Below, piece after piece: positions 25,295-36,499 of a stretch of 64,000 nucleotides of DNA. The position numbers and the translations under genes were made by a program. How positions within the stretch are numbered: the first letter of the stretch is position 1; each line of letters opens with the position of its first letter. Under the pieces are notes generated by a model, which was not told the DNA's origin, did no database searches, and saw only the letters and a list, made by a program, of their open reading frames with translations. Source of the DNA: Raillietiella orientalis (taxonomy: Eukaryota); the NCBI GenBank assembly GCA_036172245.1, contig JAYWIR010000003.1, positions 4,340,001-4,404,000 of the forward strand, in the 5' to 3' direction.

Positions 25295-25895
25295 CCATTT
25301 ATTTCCATTTATTTTTCCATTTATTTCCATTCCCATGGTGTCCCGGCTTTGGCAGGTGGCACCATGCCTCAGGGGATCCTTATTTCCATGGCCGCCGTCC
25401 TGCGTCCATAGCAACCAAGACGTTTCACGGGCTCTGATGAGCCTAAACCCAACACGTTTGGTTCACACCACAGCGCCAGTTCTGCTTACCAAATGGACCC
25501 ACTGGGGCACTCAGGGACCCGAAAGTCCAAGGATCAGTGTTCAGGCAAGCCAGACCCCTCATCCATTCTAAGTTCGAGAATAGGTTGAAGGGTCACTGAT
25601 CATTCGCTTGACCGAACGAGACTCCGTTCGGAACCGCGCTTCGATGAGCGCCTGCCATCCGGAAGGAAACTCCAGAGGGAATCTGCCATTGGACGGTTCG
25701 GCCCTACGACCGTCAGTCTCCTTCGACCAACTCGCCCGATAGGATAGCTGAGTACCTTCACCAGGGCTCACCCTCGGGGTTCGTCCTGGCCGGTCAGAGT
25801 TGAACGCGCCGAAGGGCGTAGCACTCAGGGACGAGGACCCTGTCCGTCGCCTCGCTTGAGGTAAGGGCAGGACGAGATTGCAGCCGGACATCAGG
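25295..25895 (-). mobile_element. Candidate SINE-like retroposon with 28S rRNA-derived body, 3' stem-loop and (AAATAAATGG)n tail
   Basis: Tandem CCATTTATTT x~3.5 at 25295-25331; stem CATGGTG/CACCATG (25334-25340 / 25360-25366); 28S-like body from 25382. Confidence 0.65.
25382..25810 (-). pseudogene. Diverged large-subunit (28S) rRNA-derived fragment (domain II, about the D3-D5 region)
   Basis: Colinear antisense-28S landmarks: 'atttccatggccgccgtcc', exact CGCCAGTTCTGCTTACC (LR6 primer site, 25474-25490), 'gagaataggttga', 'atcattcgctt', and 'atccggaaggaaactcc' (LR5-like site with mismatches). Confidence 0.88.
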
Positions 25896-26189
25896 CATAT
25901 TTTATGGAAATTCCAGTTTCCTTATTTCACTTGTATGTCGTCACTATGTTATGGATTATTCATTCATCATTTGTTGCCAATCCAAACCTTCAGGGTATTA
26001 TTCAAAGCAAATTCTAAAACTTCCAAGGTATTATCAGAAATAGTACATCGAGCACCAGATATCAAATGAAATGCTCTATAATTCTTTGTTGAAAACTCTG
26101 TATTATTAATTGGTAACCATGTTAGATAAAATCGAAATATATTATTTGTAAGTAAAAATGCAAAAATTAAGTACCGTAAGACTTTTTAA

Positions 26190-26680
26190 CCCTTCGAGTG
26201 CTATGGACGCATCTATGCGTTTGGCAAATGTTTTTACCTCATACACCCGACATAAGTTAACACTATCCGTGTTTGAGGTGGACACATACACTTACGTTCT
26301 TATATTTCCCTTAGCAACGGCAGTAAACAAAATTCTATTTACATCGACTGACGATCCCTCGTTTTTTTTCAGTGTCGTGTGGAATTTATTATGTTGTTTT
26401 TCATCTTTGTGATATCTTAAAAATGTGAATGAGTTATTGATTTTATTGGAATTCTAATTTTCAAATAAATGAAATGTGCTTGGGAAAGATGCGAATATTT
26501 TCTTTAATGTGGTGTAAATACACAATTACAATAGTAACTTTGATCAGCACTTTGTAAAGTCGCTCGGTGGCACCTCTGATAGAGTACGCGAAAAAGCACT
26601 CCGCCCGCGGGGATCGCAGCTGCGACTCGCGTGCCGCCAACACGGAACCTTTCAATCTGATGAACTCCGCACTTGAAGGG
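26190..26680. mobile_element. Non-autonomous piggyBac-type DNA transposon (MITE), 491 bp
   Basis: TTAA (26186-26189) CCCTTCGAGTGC ... GCACTTGAAGGG TTAA (26681-26684): 12-bp TIR with 1 mismatch, CCC/GGG ends, subterminal palindromes at 26207-26220 and 26614-26625, AT-rich interior, no transposase. Confidence 0.9.
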
Positions 26681-26709
26681 TTAAAATTGAGGTGAAAATA
26701 CGACGCATC

Positions 26710-27398
26710 ACAGAGACCGGGGGGCTGGGTAGCCGCTGGCGCTGCGTGGCGAAGGAGGGAAAACGTTGGGCTGTTTCTGCCTGACGAGGCGTTTTGACCC
26801 CTTCTTGCGCTGCTGTCTCCCTTGTTGGAGGCGTGGCATCAGTTCACTTCCAGGAGGAAGGAGCAGCCCCACTTCCACCCCCTCCTTCGTTTCCCCCAAG
26901 AAAAAGACCCCCCTCCAACACCGCGAGGCAGCGTTCAGAGCGATTCCAATCACCTTCCGAAAGCGCATACACGGGGGTCGCGCGAGAGGTTCCCGCGCAG
27001 ATCCGGGGTCACCGGCGCACGTCCTGGAGTTGCCCTCGCAACAGCACCGCCTTTCGACGCCAGCTGAAAGCGCCTCGCGCGCGCGTCCTCTCTGAGCCCA
27101 GCGGTCGATGGGCGGGAGTGCGGGCGAACTCGCTCGGCGGCTAACGTGCCACGCATTCTCCCGCGCCAGCATACACGGATCTGGTTGCCAGGCGCCGCTT
27201 CCGCCGATGCCGGTGACGCAAGGTACCGTGTAAACCGCAAGAGCTGATTGAATGCGCCCGAGAGATGAGTGTTACGGACAGGTTAAGCTCCTCTGGAGAG
27301 AGGTCGCGGTCATCAGGTGGTTTAGTGGAAAGGGGGGGGGAGGTCACGAAGCTCGTTGACGCTGTCCACGCCATCTGAGGGTGCGCATGACTCTTCAA
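26710..27398 (-). mobile_element. Decayed LINE ORF1 directly downstream of leader copy B
   Basis: '(YNL)KSHAHPQMAWTASTSFVTSPP' is homologous to '(YNL)MKSTHSRMARTASKSFVIPP' at 18208; knuckle remnant 'CHASNKGDSSAR' near 26820. Confidence 0.55.
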
Positions 27399-28030
27399 GT
27401 TATAGGGGGTAACCTCGGAGGGACCACCCCATGAATCTAGGAAGTTCCGGGGGAAGGAGTCCGTTCCTCTTACACTTGCAAGGGAACCTCCTCCTTGTTC
27501 TCTCCGGAGGGATCCCCCAAAGGGGGCCGCACCTCATTTCTTCTCCAAAGGGAACCTGCACGAGTACCGCCTTTTGTTTACTCCTCTGAAGAGAATCCCG
27601 AAGGGATGCTTCCCAATTTCTCTGAGGGGCGCTTCCTCGAGGGGAGCGGCGCGCTTCTTGCAGTCCGGAGAACCAAACCCCCGAGGGGGGTATCAAGCAG
27701 CTCTATAGCGCGCGATGGAGTGTCCTCCCCCTTAGGGGGGAGGGAATGGCTCCATTTCCACAACCGTAGGGGAACCGACTCCTTGATTCCTGGGGGAACC
27801 CCATAGGGTCAACTTCCAATCCCGGCCAGTCAGCGGGAGCAGCCGGGGATTTAAGGCTTCCTCCAGTGCCGCTCCCGAATAGGCCGACCAGCTTCGTCCC
27901 GCGCGAGGGACTCGAAACCCATGAAACACCTCCCATTCTCGGCGCCGATTCTTCCTCACTCGGCTGAGATTCGAACCCGCGACTCGCGGTGCCACGCGCG
28001 CGACCGCAACTCAGGCAACGTCGGATGGCG
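27399..28030 (-). mobile_element. tRNA-headed leader, copy B (uninterrupted)
   Basis: 29 nt identical to the copy A head (27967-27995 = 20683-20711); core 27780-27827; terminal block 27396-27445. Confidence 0.82.
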
Positions 28031-30600
28031 AGCTCCCCGGAGACGCGTTGGGTGCGGAGACCGCGCCCCGTGCCGAAGGTGGGCGAAAGGCGGCCGTGGG
28101 CAGCTTGCCTCTCGAGGCGATGCTCGTGGGGTGGAGATGCCGCGAGACACGTGGCAGGAGCCTTCCTCCTCCGAGGGTCGCTCCCGCTCCGTCGCGGCGC
28201 TCAGCCGTTGTCGCCCGTGGTCGCGCCCTCCGCAGAAATCTGGCGCCTTCTCCAGGAGACGGGTATCCCGTCGGGATGCTGAGCTCGCAGGAGGAAGACA
28301 GTCTGGAAGCAAGGAGCTCCAGCCATTCGCTCTCGCTGGGTGATGTCGGAAGCCAGGCTGCTGCTGTCTCCCGCCACAAAGGCCGTGACGCAGGTTCGGC
28401 AGGAGGAATGCTGGCGCCTCCGACAGAAATTCCCGGAGGCGGGGATCTTCTTTCTGTAGCTCCAGCGACATCGGCAAAGAAAACGAAGGCTTCTGGCGTC
28501 CGTTGGAGGGAAAAGCACCGTGGAACGATGAACTCGGCTCTCCCTTTGCCTGGGGGAGCCGAGTTCCCCCTGACCGTGGCCCGGAGAGTTGGCTCGCTCG
28601 CCTGCTGTCCATTCCCAGTTCCAGTCTCTTGCGTGTTTGCTCGGCTTCCATTCCTCCGCCCGACCTGTGATCGGGAAAACTGGGATGGCAACAGCAGCGC
28701 GAAACGGGAGCGACGGCGGTGAGATGATGATGGCAAGGAAACGTTCCCGCGAGGAATGCCGCCCTGATGCTATTTTTCGTCGCCCCAGCACTGGAGTCCT
28801 TAGCGGGGTGGAAAAACGCGCAGGTACGCAACATGCGCCGGCAGGCACACGCGGTCACTGGTCACGCGTGCGCATTAGCGTGCCTGCGGATCCCACGGCT
28901 CGTCGCCGCGTGTCTTCTTGTGTTCTCCATCCAGAGTGCCTCCGAGGAGGTGCCAGGGTCGCGGCGAACGTCACGTGACCAGTAGATACTGTCGCCGTCG
29001 GCAGGAGCTCGGAGGAAGAGAAATCTTCGGAAAGGCACTGGTCGGAAGCTCAAGGGAAAAGGAAAGGCGGATTCTGGGAAGGAGATTGCGGGATGCGAAG
29101 AGGCACGGAGTGTGAGTGGGAACGAATGTGAGGTCGGCTCCCGAAGCTTGTGGAGCAGCCATCTCCATGGAGGCGCCTGCTTGCTCGCGGAGGGAAACGA
29201 ACGATGCGCGATTTTGAGCCCATGTTGACGTCCCTGTCGAAGGACGAATCGAGTGGAGCTCCCGAGCAGGATCCCAGGCTTTCTCCCGTCTCTCCCAAAT
29301 CACTTCCCGCTGGTATGGGTGGGACGCTTTCCCAGCTTTGCATCCACGACCCCTTAGACACTTTCCGCTATTAGGAGCGAAGGGACTCTCGTCCCTGTAT
29401 CGCCTTGGCTTCCCGAAGCATCCAGAATTTCTGCTAGGAGGTAACCCGGAACCAGAGATGCCCGTGCGTTTGGGAAGAACCGCCGTGGACTGACCCAGCT
29501 ACCGACGGGAATCTCAGAAGAGGTCATCCCTGCTGCACCGGAAGCGCACGCGGAAACCGAGGCTGAAGCGACGAATCCTGAGGCGGCAGAGATCCCCTCT
29601 CTGTGGACCGAAGTCCACTAATCTCCCGGAACCGACTCAGGAGGTCGACGAGGGCAGGGACGCACGTGCCGCAGGAACCCGATTGCAACCCGACTGGCGG
29701 AACCACCCGAAGGTCGGAGGCAGGTGACCACGTCGGCGATGGAGGGAGCGGGAAGTAGAGTCGCGTCCCCGAACGGATGAAATGCGCGCACGTCCCGGAA
29801 GTGAATTTTGCGTGCTGTTGGGGAACCGGCAGGAACCATCCGGGAATGCGCCGAGACCGCGAGCTACCCAGGCGCATTGGTCCGGCCCGGGAAGAGGCTG
29901 GGAACGGTCCGACCTCTAGATCGCGGTGGTTCTAAGGTTCCTCCGATCTCTTGAGTGGACAGCAAACGGAGCAGCAGCACCCGTTTTGCGGTAGGGGTGG
30001 TGGTGAGGGTGGGATGAAAAGGGGGTCAGTGCAGGAAGCTCTGACGAGGCAACACATTTGGAAGAACCGTGGAAAGGGACGAATCGCTGCTGGGGGAAGA
30101 CTTTCCCGGTTCGTATTTCCCCTGCCGAGGTCCCCGTGGACGCACCGGTTTCCGGGCATTGCTGCTTGCGCGGCCGACACCTCTGCTCCCGCCATCCACG
30201 CTGCGGGAGCATCGGCGCGTCTCCCGCGCACGCGCACGCCGGCAGGACCCGACGACGACTGAACGGGCCAAGACTCCTCCTTGCTGCGGCAGCTGACAGG
30301 GATCGCTAGCTTGGAGTACATGGATGTGAGCGTCCTGCTCATGGGAAGGTGTGGGGTGAGGAAGGTCGCGCAGGGTTGCCACAGGCGAACTGAGCGCGAG
30401 ACTGTCGCCTGCAGGTGCTGAACCGACGCTCGGAAGAAAAGACGCGAGGGGAACGGGCGAGATCCCAGCATCGGGGGAGCGGAAACATGCCGTCGAAGGC
30501 GAGAAACCCCGGAACGCTCTGCAATCTGCCGACTGTTGAGGGGAAGGAGCATCCTGTCCGTCCCCCGGGAAACAGATCTTCGAGGGTCGCTATTGCCCCG
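28030..30600 (-). mobile_element. Decayed LINE (ORF1, endonuclease, start of RT)
   Basis: ORF1-like 'VRVRGRRADAPAAW...FPRFF', EN 'TSDRVCL' (SRLDR-like), 'KAPDFCGG' (KAPG-like). Confidence 0.45.
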
Positions 30601-31399
30601 GGTTCAGACGCACCCTAGGATCCGTGCTTCCCGGAGCAGGAGCTTCGCAGTCAGCGGACCGAGGACTCGAGAGGCTCTTCCCGCCAACAGATGAATCACA
30701 TCCAAACTGGCTCGGAGGAGACGGCTGGAAGCAGAGGGAGGTAGTCTCTTTCTCCCTGCCTTCCCCACCCACCTCCTCTGCCGCGGCAGGTCACTTGGCA
30801 ACGCGGGGAATTTCCTTCCCTTTCCAGCAGGGCCCCTCCCTCTTTGTCCGAGGTCCTCGCGGTCGGAGTTCACTCGGCAGGCGAACCGAGCTCCCACGTG
30901 ACTCCTCTGCCCCTCCCCTCTTCCTAAGCTCCCCTTTTATCGCTTCAACCTCGGACCCCTTGCCTTTGCTTTCTACGAGAGGACACTTGTCCTGGAGGAA
31001 TGTCGAGGAGAGCCCGAGGAAAGAGGATTTGAGTAACCGGTCTGCTCGCGAGGTCACCAGTCCAACCGACCGAGAACCTATCGCGGCTCGGGGCGAGAGG
31101 ACACCACCAGATCAAGAGCCCTCTCAGCGATGCGGCGACCCTCAGAAAGAATGCCTCGAGGTCGATTTCTCACAGACCGCGGATTGTCCCCGTCGACGCA
31201 GCAGCGGACTTTCCGGACACCAAGTCGTTGCCTGGCAAGCTTCCGCACCATCGGAAAGGCGGAAAGGAGAAAAAGAGGGCTAGCGCTCTTTGAGCGGCGA
31301 GGAGTGCATCCGTGTGATCCTTCCTGCGTTAACACCATCTTCCACCTGGGATCCTCCCCATCCCACGAAATTCAGGGGAAAATCCCTCGTCATCGGATT

Positions 31400-34300
31400 G
31401 CCTCATGGATCCTAGGGAGAGGCAACTGGGAGGTCACATCGTACCGCGAGCCGGACGAAGGGCAGAGAGAGCAAGAAGCCCTCTCCCACCCGATCACAAT
31501 GGCTGCTGGTTCGCCTACGGGCCGTCCGCAGCGGCGGAGGCTGTGGCACTTCCCAGCGAAGCAAGCTACCCTTTTCGCCGGAAGGCATGCCTGGTCTCGA
31601 CCCTGGTCTCCCGTCTGGGAAGAAGGGGATTCTCTTTTTGACGTTGTTTCCTCGAGGGGCTTTCGCCTCCCAAGGAACGGACTGCTTCACCTGACGCCCT
31701 GCCTCCGGAGCCCAGCTGGATGGCTGCGAGCGTGCTGTCCCGGGCTCAGAGCGAAGAGACCCTTTGCCTTTCCTACCGCTGCTCCCAAGTTCTCTGAGCC
31801 ACAGGATGTAGGAAACTCGTGGAAGAGGAAGGAGCTCCGCGAAGCGTTGCCATGATGTGCTTCCCTCCGGCTGGAGCGTGAAACTGCGAGCAGGAGACGG
31901 CAGAGAATCCTGGCCCGCCAGGACCCGAGTTGAAACTGGCTGTCTCTGCTTCCCTCATGCTTTCTTGTCTCCAAGGAGGAACGCTAGAATTCTTTCCTTG
32001 TCCAGATTGAGTTCCCGGACTTCTCCTGGTCGAGCTGCAGAAGGGAAATGGGTCCTGGAGTGAACCTGGACAGAAAGCAGGATCTCAGGATGCACAGAGG
32101 ATGGTCCGAGGATGCTGGATCAAGAGAGCTCCTTGAAGAAGTCATTTCATCTACCCTCGAGTGAGGCTATAAGAGAGCTGCTGGAGCTCTTCTGCCTGAG
32201 AAAGCGAGCGGACCTTCCTTCCCGGAAAATGAGCTCCAGTCCCGGCGGTCGTCCGGAGAGGGAATCTCCCACACAGTCATAGGAACAGACTGCCGAGGAG
32301 GAAGACTTCATCCCTCCGTGGTCGTGGGGACTCTGCCCCGCAACTTCGCAGACCCGTCCAAAAACGCTTCGGTTTTCGACCTCGCAGCTGCCGGATTGTG
32401 GGGGCTGTCTCACCCCTCTGCAAGTTTTGGAGGCTGGCCTAGCGTTTAAGACGCGGTCTCTATCCGTCCTTCAGTGAAGCTCGAAGCCACTTCCAGGAGA
32501 CATCGCGAGTGGACTAGGGAGGAGAAAGAGTTGGCGATCCTGGAGAGCGACTGCCCTCTCCGGCAAGATATCCGTCCACCTAAGACAGCATCATCGGGAA
32601 CCAATCGTAAGAAACTCTTCCAGAGTCCCTCCCCTTCATCTTGTCGCTCTCCATTTCGGATTTTCTGCTGGAGGATCTCCCTGCCAGCTGATCCATTAAA
32701 CCGTCGTCCCCACTTCTCTCCTGCACTGTAATGATGACTCCTGTAAATGCCTCTGCGGCGTTCCCGACCATTCTGGACACGGACCTCGTGCAGGTGGAGG
32801 AGCCTTCAAGCTTTCCAACTTCTTGGCACCCTGCCAAGAAGGCTGGGTCCCTGATCGACGGGGAGAAAGGAGAAAAAAATCACGTGGATTCTCCCGCGCG
32901 AAAGAGGGAAACGCGTAGAGCATACGCATCACGCGCGTGCCAAGCATGCGGAAGTGCTGAGTGCCCCTTCGCGGCCCGCGGAGTGGTCTCAGAGCAGCTC
33001 TTGCTGGGAGTCGAGGAGGGCACGCGCGTCTCTTCAGCGGATCGTGCAAGCACCCAGAGGGAGCCACTTGGCGCGCGAGTTCGGTCATAGCGAGGGAGCC
33101 TCCCCGGGCTGCAGACTGAGGCGAAGCCGGCCACTCCCCCTCCCCTTCCGGACTGCACTCTGGGACGACTGCGAATTCGGAGTCTTCCTGTTCTCTCGGC
33201 AGACGCGTCCGCTTGGCGAGGTTTCTCAAACAAACGAGAAGATGGGTGCGCCTGAAGCGGCGGATTGTTTACTGCCATCAGCTCAGTCCAGTGGGGTCCG
33301 TGAATGACGTCAAAAGGCTCACTTGAAGCTCCCTTTTCTTCGCGACTGTGCCCTTTTCATTTGACGGCGCCCTCCTTTCAGCGAGGGTTTTCCGTGAATG
33401 GCGACCCGTCTCTCGCAGCTTGACCTGGTGCTCTCTCAAAGGAAAAGAAACTTTCCTATTTTGTGCATGCGTGGGGCAAAGAAAGAAAAACAGGATGGAA
33501 CAATGAAGTCGAGGGTCCTCACGGAGCCCTGACGTGCAAGGCGGAGGAGGCTGCAGGCGTTGCCGGTAGGGAGGACAACTCTTCCACTCCCGCTGCCATG
33601 AAGACAGCCTCCTTCCCAATCTCACCACTCTATGGTGACAAGGACTTCCTCTTCAAGATGACGAACGCTCCCCGTTGAAGAGCGTTCCTCTCGACGGCAT
33701 CCGGGACAAGAGGAAGGCGAGCGTGGAGTTGTGGCTGTCCGGTTGCTACGGCGAGCCCACTGCATCCGAGAGCACCGCGTGGAGGAGGCTCGCGCCACTG
33801 CCAGTGGAGAGTGCACGGCGGCACGTGCGCCAGTTCTCAATTCCTACGTGCTGGTCGTCGTTCTCTACGTTCCCCGATTCTCTCCTCCCTTCCTCCTCCG
33901 CCTACTTTCCTTTTTTCCCTTCTGATAGGATTTCTCTTCGGCCGCGGTAACCGCCCACGCGCGAAGAACCACTTGAAGACCGTAGAGCTCATGCGAAATC
34001 AAGAAGGAAAACCAGATGATGGACCGGAGATCTCCACCCTCAAGAGATCACGATGACCCAATGGAAAAGGAGAGTTCAGTGCGCTCCTCGGAAAGCGGCA
34101 AGTGTGGAGCTGTGGGTGCGACCGCCTGCGCCTCCACTGAAGGCGATGAAAACTCGGGTCAGCCCTCAGCAGCCGGATGAGGTCCAGATGGTTCTCCATC
34201 AGCCGGAAGAGGGCGCTGCTGCCGAAACACGAGCGCCCACGAAAACGAGGGGTCCAGTGACGTTTGGTGACGACCTCCGCAGGTCCCGGAGGGAAGGTTC

Positions 34301-34400
34301 CTCCCAGGGACTCTGGGTGAGGCCAGGAGCTCGACCTCCGCCATTCTCTGCCTGAGAATTCAGGAAGGGCTCCCGTTCCTCTGGAAGAGTTTACGAATCC
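31400..34400 (-). mobile_element. Decayed LINE (ORF1 + endonuclease)
   Basis: Clear EN 'SSDHPLCIL' (~32088-32114); ORF1-like 'LFNGER' and 'FPLGHRDLLRVEISGP'. Confidence 0.5.
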
Positions 34401-36499
34401 CCCTCCGCCCGGTGCCCTCAGACAAATGAGCCAGGATTCCTACTTGAGTCTGAGACTGTCGTTTCGTCGGGATTTTGGAAACGGTGGCGCCACTGCGGGG
34501 CCTCTCCTGAATAGGAGGTGGGTAGGATCGGCGATCGTTGGGATGCTGCAGACCTCTCGTCCCCGTTGGGATCTCTGGACCAGCTCTTCTACTCCCGAGG
34601 AAGCTGAGCCCGGAGAGGTTGAAGCGCCAAGGCTAAGGGCGCTTCAGCCGTGGCTTCTCCAGAGAAAGGCAGGGAGCATGAGGGAAGAGATTTCGCTGCA
34701 GGGAAGCAGGTGGGACGGGTAGGAGGGGGGTGGGAGATTCCCCTGGGAGCCGTGCAGTCAAGCGAGATACTTCCATCTTTCCCTTCCTTTTTGTCGGCTC
34801 ATCCTCCTGAGTTCTTCCTCCCTAAAGAGTAGACCTTCAAAGGAGAGACAGACTAAGGCTCGGTGGAGGAGGGAGAGGAGATAGAAAGCAGGAGAACGCT
34901 CGCACGCGATCAATTAGGCACGGATGAGGACCCGGAAATAATGGAATAGGAGAAGTCCTGGCGAAGCGCGTCGCGTGACCAGAGCGCGCGCCGCGAACAG
35001 CCATCCGCGTCCAGTTATTGGGCGTCGGTTCCGGAGACACCGTTGCCCCGGCGATCCTTCTTTCCCCTCTTTTTCAATCTTTTCGCGTTGCGAAGGCGGC
35101 GGGCGAGTCCTTGAAGGACTTCGAGCGCAGATGGAGTTCCGTGCGCCATTCGCCCGAAACGGCGGAGACAGACAGTGGCCGAGGAAGTGGCAGCGGGCCG
35201 AAGCAGCGCCGCCGCAGCCGATCTCCTCCTCCTCCACGTTCGGGTGCTCCCCTGTACCCTGCACGGTCGTCATCTTCCCTTCTGCCCGGCAGCACGGGAG
35301 GGGGAGAGAGCAGCGGGCAGGTCGATCGCATGGACCCCCCCGGGCGACTTACGGGCGGCTCCCTGACGGCGCAGCGGAAGTTCGCGGCCAGAAAGCCGGG
35401 GACTGCCAGTCCAGGTGAGCGGCGTAGGAGAATTCGAGTGGCCGCCGCCCGGCGCGCCTCCCCGCCAGGCGGGACGCGTCCCGAAGGCGCACGTCTTCCT
35501 GGCCGAGGCGGCGGCTGTCTCCAGCAGCTCCCTCCGCGGGGCTTTTCCGGGCACGACAGGGGGCCATTTCCATTAGAAGAGATGAAATTTCTTTCCTCTC
35601 GCTCTCCTCCTCCTCCTCCTCCACCTGATTTATGACCCGGCCACGGTGTTTTTTCTTCGGGAACAAGCGTTATTGGCGACGCCACTTCTTCCCAGAGAGA
35701 TGACCCGGCGTTTTTATTGGAACGGGAATCGCGGAGAGAGTGCGCATGATAAATTGAGGTTTGAGCTCCAGATGCCATCTCTGGGAGCAGCTCCTCATCC
35801 CCGCAGAGATTAATTCAACCGGAAGTAGCTGCTGCAGCTGATTAATTTCGAAGTCAGTCGTCTAGCCGGGAGGCTAAATGAATCAGCTGCAGTGTCAATC
35901 AACAGCTTCATCATCTGGAGCGCGGATCACCGTCGTTCCGCTCTCGACGCCTCGAGGGAGGGTCCTACACGGCGGTATCCAAGGGGTCTATCCTCAGGCG
36001 TAGGGAAGGAGGGGCGAGCGATGAAGCTTCTTCCGGGTGCTCGCCTCGCCCACGCTGCCGTGGGCGCTCCCCCTCCCCTCCTCTCTCTCCCCGTGCGCAT
36101 TCGCTCACAGGCAGACTTTGAAGAGACGGGTGCCTCTGACCGTCCCGGTTTTGCCTTGCGGAGGAGACGTAGGGAGCCGCAGCTACTGCGGACGGCCGCC
36201 GCCCGTCTCCAGGAGACGACGCGAAATTGGTAGGCGGCGAGCTGCAGCCCGCCCGAGTCCCTTCCTCCGAACATTCCCGTTCGGACAGCAGGAACTTCCT
36301 CCTCTGCGGGGTGACAGCAATCCCCCGGTATGGCCTCCTGGTGCACAAGGAGCGCCACAGTCCTTCCTCGGGACCGCCCCCGCCCTCCTCCGCCCGGCAT
36401 AGCGGCGCGCGCGCGCGCGGACGGGATCGCTCCGGAATCCGCAGGTCCGTAATGAGCGAGATTTGGAGGATTTTCGAACATCCCCAGGGAGCGTGAGGC

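Noticed and set aside
25434..25441. CTGATGAG hammerhead core
   Set aside because: Explained by antisense 28S homology; no downstream GAAA.
25382..25810. Functional 28S rRNA gene
   Set aside because: Short, isolated and diverged in otherwise universal positions; no rDNA context.
25282..26706. CGACGC as TSD around the 28S + AT-rich block
   Set aside because: Only 6 bp and not flush with the left boundary; plausible by chance.
27956..28858. 300-aa ORF
   Set aside because: Out-of-frame mosaic of a decayed ORF2; not an intact protein.
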